Assembly (NCBI GenBank): GCA_964016885.1 | Contig: OZ024740.1 | Location: 241,118,001-241,182,000, forward strand | Direction of reading: 5' to 3' | Length of the DNA: 64,000 nt | Source: Eledone cirrhosa | Lineage: Eukaryota | Part shown: piece after piece, positions 56,866 through 64,000 of the stretch | Layout: every line of letters starts with the position of its first letter | Position numbering within the stretch: the stretch's first letter is position 1 | Program-made: the position numbers and the translations under genes | The notes under the pieces: model-generated | Seen by the model: the letters and a program-made list of their open reading frames with translations, nothing else | What the model was told of the DNA's origin: nothing | Databases searched by the model: none

Positions 56866-58266
56866 ACACACACACACACGCACGCACGCGCGCACACACA
56901 CACAAATAAACAAACACACACACGCACACACACGCATACACACACACACATACACACACACGAACACACATATATGTTCTGACCTACGTTTAAACTATTG
57001 TTATATTTTGTCACAACAGTATTTTGAAGTCGCAGTGATGCTATTCTATTTCTCTCTTGAGTCTGATACAATGTGATACGTAATTTCTCGTAGTGAACAG
57101 ATTGGACAGACATATGGACAATTATATAGACAGATAAGATACTTCGAAGCAAATATTTATTATAGTAAATCACAATGAACTTAATTTTATCTTAGATAAT
57201 GTTTGTTAAATCTAAGTAAACACGACCATTATTTTTTCGTTCTCACCATGTAACAATCGTCATTTATAAATAATTTCTTTTACTATTGCACGATATTTTC
57301 TAAAATGTAAACAATCTTTTTTTCAGGTATAATCAAAATATATAAAATTTCAGAAGTATAATGATTATCATATATAGTATTTATTTATGAAATAATTAAA
57401 AATTAGATTCATTGTGACAATTTGTCTTCATGCTGGGCTTCAGAAAAAGTTCCAACAGTCAGAGAAGAAATTTTCTTGCTTATTACACTGTCGATTTTTT
57501 ATTTAAAGAACAAGAGAAGAGGAAATAAGGGTTTTTGACGTTCAGGTTTTATCTTTAAGGACTTAGTGATTAAGTGAATGGAAATGACTACAATCATAAA
57601 TGAAAGCGAAATATTGGGCTTGGTTACGTCATCTGGAGTAGAGCAAACTCCGAAGATGGAAATAGGAAGACACTACTATGACATACCAAGAATTGATTGG
57701 TATATATCGCTTACCTGTATATCATATTTATCATTGAAATAGACTTGGAGGCAAGCACTGTAAAGCAAGAAGCAAGTTACACTCATAAATATCGTTCGAA
57801 CAATATGTATATTATAACTACCCATGTATTTCTTTTATGAAAACTTATAGAGTCTTGCTACTTAGCTGTAAAGAAAATATTACTCGGAGTGGGGACCAAC
57901 ATAAAGCAAAGTGTACATTTTCGGCAAACTGAATTTGTGAGATGCTTTTGAATTTTACTTGAAGCTATTTGACTTTACTTCTGCCCTAATAATACGTAGA
58001 AAATATAAATGTAAGAATTTACAAACTTGGTGTGTCAAAAGCTCAGTGCATATTTTTCTGTGATAAACAGCAACGAATATTTGGTATACAGTTAAAATCG
58101 TATATTGCTAATGACCTACCTACAAACCGATCGACAGAATTGCAGATATTTTCTTCTTTAAAATAATTTTTTTTTCGTTTAAAAATATTCAAAAATTACT
58201 AATATATTCAATTCACTGATGATTAGTAAAGCTATTTCCGAAATTAACACAAAAAATATTACTTAC

Positions 58267-59737
58267 TGAATTTTTTTATCAACTTCTCAAAGACGTAAGA
58301 ATACACAGCACAAGATAGAGAATATAATGACATTGCAAATGATCCAAGGCGTACTCCTTTATCATATCGTTCATGTTTTATGCTACCTTTGGGAGCACTT
58401 GGGTCACCATGATATACTGCTTGGCCCACAAAATCTGTGAAATACAAGGAGTAGCAAACCAAGGACATCCAACAGAACAAATTGGTCAAACAGAGTATTG
58501 TTAATGACCTAGGCATATGTATTATTGAACGAAGATAAGTTTTCAATGTGACATCTGTTGATATTTGTACAGCTTCGTTTTGTTTGATATCTATATTTGC
58601 ATCAACAGGTTGTTTTATTGGTTCATAATTCTTCATTTCCTTATCTTCACTTTTTTCAGTCTCTGTTTTCTCATTGGAATGTGTCTGATAATCATTTTGA
58701 AATGGTTTCTTTTCAGTTTCAGAAGTTCCAAGAGAATCATACGATGGAATATGATCAGTTTCTTTTTCATCGCTGGTATCACTTTCATTATCGAATTTCT
58801 CATATTTCGATTTCCCTACTTTTTTCTTTTTCTTCTGATAAGTTTCGACATCAATATCAAGGTCTTCTAGGCGTATTTCCTTGCTACTGGTTGCCGTTAG
58901 TAAAACACATGGAATGAAAATGCCCAAAACAACCATGAAGACAGTCCTAACATGTCCTTCGAACGCGCTTCCTAATGCATTCGTATTCCAGTCTATACCT
59001 CCCATGACGTATCCAACACTGCCCCCGAGTCCGGCCATAACAGTGAAAGTTGTAATGCCAGTATTGTGTTCTTCGGGAATAGTAACATCAAGTAAGTATG
59101 AGCGAGAAGGTGATTGACATGCGTCGCAATTAAAATCTAATAATATAACACCGATTATAGTTAAGATTATTCCTCGGTAAGCTATATGATGTTTTGGAAA
59201 TGAACCTATAGACACTACCGTTGAATTAATTGCATAGTCCGTATACAATAACGTTCCATTTAAGTTATCTCTGTAATCACTGTTAGGTAGTTGGTCACCA
59301 GCTAATATTCCAAAGTATTCGCCATTCGGAATCAAGACCAAACCAAAGATTATGCCGGCTGACATCATAAGAATAAACGGTCGTCTTCTACCAAGACGAG
59401 AATTACATCTGTCACTCATAGATCCAAAAAGTGGCACCAAAAAGAAACCCAAAAGAGGACTGAGGCACCACACCCACGTCATATACGTAACTGGGACGCC
59501 CAATTTTAGAAGAACCGGACTTACAAAAGCAGTTTCGGCAGCATAGCAAAGTTCTATTCCGCATACAGCGGCTGTTATCTGGAACATTTCCAATCGTGAT
59601 TTCTTCTCTCGTACTTTAGTATATCCCGGAGGTAATTTGGAAATATTTGCAAGATTGATTCCAATATACTGGACGTATATGTTCTCTTTAACATTTTTTA
59701 GTGCTTGAAGTGTTGATAAAAATAAAGCCCGTGACAT
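58267..59737 (-). CDS. SLC45A: SLC45-family proton/sugar symporter (MFS; SLC45A/MATP/lovit-like), large first coding exon
   Basis: Motifs AAVCGIELCYAAETAFVSP, RLGRRRPF (sucrose-symporter signature), LLDFNCDACQSPSRSYLLD and CWMSLVCYSLYFTDFVGQAVYHGDP. Acceptor TTTTTAG| puts the exon start at 59753 and the ATG (MSRAL) at 59737. Phase-1 donor A|GTAAGT after 58267. Paralogue-level orthology is not resolvable by eye. Confidence 0.93.
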
Positions 59738-61851
59738 AATGAGCAATGAAGACCTAAAAAATAAAGAATAGATAGTATAAGAATTTAAATAAAAGAAATT
59801 TCTCATTATACAAAAATTCATATATGAACAAGTAAATTACATATATATATATGTAATACTAACCATATATATCCGAATTGCTAGAAACAAAAAACAATTT
59901 GACATTAGTTTATTTAAAAGATCTTGAAAACTAACAAACTTGACTCAAGACGATTTTACTGTATAAATAAAATGCTTATTTTATTAACTTACAATGTTGA
60001 TTTCAACGCATGACATGCGCATGCATTAGAAAGAGCTGGGCTAAATCAGGCTGACTAGTCCAAGAAACACTGAATCAAAACGAAATCGTCAATTGTATTC
60101 TTAAAACCCAGTTATTGAATTCACTTTATCACTAAGAAAATACTCCAATAACAGCAGCAGAATACAAAAGAGAAAAGAGAAACGACAGATTTAGAATCTT
60201 GGTTGACGTGAATTAACTTTAATGAGGCCGCTAACCGCTCCTGATAAACACACGAGTATTACATAGATCCATGTGGATTGGCAGAATCGCTAGACCGTCG
60301 GACAAAATGGTGACACCATTTAGTTTTTGGTCTTTCTAAAGAACATCGATTATGATTTGAAAGAGATTTGATTGCTATTTCTAGCACGCCCCCTTAATGT
60401 ATTAATTCTGTAGCTGTTGCCAATGGGTTTAGATTCGTTTTTAAATTGGGTGTTGTTTTTAAACCAATTCCATCATTCCGACTCAATTATCTATGAAGAT
60501 TTTAAAGTCAATATTTAAATTTAGTTTAAATAGCCAACATTAACGTAGCTTTGTTTTAATATTAATTGTTTCTACTTTAGGCACAAGGCCAGCAATTACC
60601 CAGTGCATTACTGGTACTTTATTTTATCGACCCCGTAAGGATGAAAGGCAAAGTCAACCTCGGCGGGATTTGAACTCAGATCGTAAAGGGACGTAACTAT
60701 GCTGGAAAGCATGGCGTCCGACCCTCTACCGATACTGCCAATCCACCGCCCTTTAATCCCTGCCATCCCCTGTTTTAATATTAATGTTTCTTAGATATGA
60801 TTCATTAATTCTTAATGCAACAGAGCCATTTCTAGCTATAAATATATATCAGAAATCATTCGTTACTTTTATTTGAATAAAACAGGTATTAGGATTCCGG
60901 ATATTCGTCCATATTCTTATACAGATTCTTATGATCGAATGTAATCAATTTCAGTGTCAAATATTAATAAATGAAAAATTCTCCCTAGACAGCTGATGAT
61001 TTGATAATGACACCCAGATTAGCAACCCTGGCTACAAAATCAAAACAAAATCATTTCGAAAAGTAGCATTAATAGATTGCATCGATTAAAAGGAACGAGA
61101 CTGGGGTAAAATAGCCTGAAATCAATATATTGGTAGAGAGTAATCATAGCGGATTCATAAACCCACTTATAAAAGTGGTAAGACTTTTAGAGATTGTTAA
61201 GGTGATATTAAAAACAATATTATTACTGAATATTTACTCTTTATACTTCACAATTATCTTTGAAAAAATTTATTGAAGCTGTCAAACAATATAATGTCTT
61301 CAGGAAGACATTGCAAATTACCATAAATATTACGTTTAATTACAATTAGTTCTGTGATTATTTTGGCTGTCACTGCCTTTCGCGCGAAACAATATCTATG
61401 ACAGTAATGTTGACTTGAATGCAATTCTGCAGCGTTGGTCTTTCAGATTAGAACGCTCGAGCCTTAATCAAACAAATCCATCGTTAGTAAAAGATGTGAT
61501 AACAAATTCAGTACATTTAGGAATCACCGAGTAAGTAAATCTGTCATAAATAATTATAGTTTCCAGCACAATTTCTTAGATATCATGAAGAGACGGTCAG
61601 ATTTGCATGAGATTCGAAAAATAAATTACACTATATTTATCGTAGAAAGATATATATATATAAATTAATAAAATAATGAATAAACAAAGAAACAGTTCCT
61701 TATATTAAAAAATTCATAATTTTACGATCGTTTCTAGGATATATATGTTAGTGTTGGTATGCATATCCTATAGATCTATGTAAAATTTTTACAAACTATC
61801 AGAGGGAATATACATACCTACACATATATATGCTGTCTTCAGAAATAATGA

Positions 61852-61961
<110 letters not shown>

Positions 61962-62478
61962 TCAGCCAACTAACAGAGAACGAAGGACAATCACAGACAG
62001 ATATATGAACTCTCCTCTCTAAATATGTATGTAAAAACTAATAATTTTTCTTCCACTTTTTATTATTCGTATAAATATGTGGCATAACTAATAACTACAT
62101 TATGCATATCCGCAGTTGAAAAAGCGCATAAAATGGTGAAACCGGTATTATTAAATGCGGAAATATCCATTTTATAAATGAATGGTTTGATATTATACTG
62201 AAAGAATCTCTTCAGCATTTTCTACAGAAACATTATTTTTCCTCTCTATTATTTGTTTTTATATATATCAACTCGTGTGTTACTTTTCTACATTCCATAT
62301 ATATATATATATATATAACGAAGGAAATGTGGTAAGGAACCAGGTGGACCATAACGCACCAAAGTACTCAATACTTAGGGTAGTAGAGTGGGTAATAGGA
62401 ACAAGTAAGACCCCGACGGCTGAGCTCAAGCCGTTTCGACGAAACGGCTTGAGCTCAGCCGTCGGGGTCTTACTTGTT

Positions 62479-62515
<37 letters not shown>

Positions 62516-63440
62516 AGATAGATAGATCATTAATTACATTTTTAAAATGTAGAGGAAAATTGACGATGGGCCTTATTACCGAGACGTCTGAATCTATACG
62601 TTGATAATGAAAATTCATTGGTGACACAAAGAGGCTTTCTTACATATTTTAGATATTTATGAATAATAAAAGGCTAAATCAACTTCAGCAACACATAAAA
62701 TCAATAACATGTACCTTAAAATAAATACGAAAATTCACATTAAAATCACTGAGTACAGGACTAGTTCTGTTTCTTTCAATGAAGAAAATGTCGGACACAT
62801 ACGCACCCGTGCATGTGTCTGTTAATGTCTCATAATATTATATAGGGCAGTTATCCTTCTCCATATAATAACCGCCAAGTACGTTATTCATTATTCTCCG
62901 TGCTTTAAGCGCAGGAGCCAGAAATATATTCTTCACCGCGGTGAAATGTATCTACAATGATAAATTATAATTTCGGATATAAACCCCAAGGTCGTAAACT
63001 TTGGGGGAAATATTTAGTCTATTTCTATTTTCTCGACTCCATCCCAAAAGAAAGGCAAACACTTTGCCCCAGATGGATTTGTATGTCATCTTATATCAGC
63101 AGCTTCCTCGACACAAAGTACACTCAGTATACACATCTGGAGTCTAAATGAGTCGGGATGTGAATCCAGATTAACCTTTATATATTATACTGTATTGTGT
63201 TAAGTCTAAGGTCACTTTTCACCGATGGTAGATGTGGGTTACAAATCAGCTCCATCTATTTTATGTACTATTTTGGAAATGCATTTGGTGTTGAATTGGT
63301 GGGAATGTATTTGCTATGCCGAGCTGCAAGGAATTGGGAGGGGGAGGGCGGCAATAAAACAGCTGGGTTGGATATGGAGATCGATTGTAATGTATAAAAG
63401 CATGATGTTTAAAGGATTGCGTTTGCAAGCAAGAGGAAAA

Positions 63441-64000
63441 GGATTCCTTGACCAAACATACCAACAAACCTCAGGACTGCCCATGGGATCAAGCTGTCGG
63501 GTGTGCTAGCGATCTCTTACATGGACAACCTCGAGCGCAAGGCACTCAACGCCTGCCACCCCAACGCCGTCGCCTTTTTCTCAAGGTACGTGGACGATAT
63601 CCACATCCTCACATCTTCCCAAGACATGGCGAACAGAATCTATGAGACGTTCAACAACACGGACGAGAACATTGACTTCAGCGTTGAACACCCCAACTAA
63701 GACGGGTCACTTGCCCTCCTCGACTTCCGAATCAACATCACGGAACAGGGAGGGATCCACTGCAACTTCTACCGAAAGACAGCCTGCAGGGACCTGTTCG
63801 TCCACTACAAGTCCGCCCTCCCTAACAGTGCCAAAAGAGATACATCACGAACGAGATCGCGCGAATCAAAAACAGATGCAGCGATCCCGCGAGTGGTGTC
63901 ACTCATACCAAGCGATTCCTCGAGGTGCTGGAGACGAACGGGTACCCTACCTCGCTCACAGACAGAGTAGGAAACACCAGACGCAAGAGACAGAGAAGCA
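63441..64000 (+). mobile_element. Penelope-like RT fragment with a frameshift and a stop, running off the window
   Basis: YQQTSGLPMGS / LAISYMDNLE / FSRYVDD / IDFSVE / LLDFRI / FYRK...VHYKSALP. Confidence 0.9.

Noticed and set aside
59738-59821. First 28 aa of the 520-aa ORF and its terminal SK*
   Set aside because: Mostly intronic or 5' UTR: the acceptor is at 59753, the ATG at 59737, and the donor at 58266 precedes the stop.

Overview
AT-rich, microsatellite-rich animal genomic DNA; the tRNA-derived SINE family, Penelope-like elements and huge intron suggest an octopus/coleoid cephalopod (inference). The host gene is an SLC45-family H+/sugar symporter on the minus strand. It has a large exon (58267-59753) spliced in phase across a ~38.8-kb intron to a 176-bp exon (19296-19471); the last exon was not found and probably lies left of the window. 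The introns hold a 5'-truncated Tx1/L1-like LINE, many Helitron derivatives (one with Rep/Helicase remnants), about 14 SINE copies, two Tc1/mariner-type MITEs and many Penelope-like (PLE) fragments. The most striking feature is a dense set of predicted hammerhead ribozymes (HHRs) read directly from the sequence. These include a 466-bp tandem retrozyme-like array with one intact HHR per unit on the host-gene strand plus an octamer+TATA module also found in an unrelated HHR repeat, a 2.7-kb non-coding element with HHR-bearing direct repeats, perfect double-HHR palindromes, and a U3:A8 core variant. At the left end is a compact three-exon SGNH-fold gene with 57-58-nt introns, missed by the ORF track, converging on a BACK-like exon. 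All alignments were done by eye; repeat boundaries are approximate.
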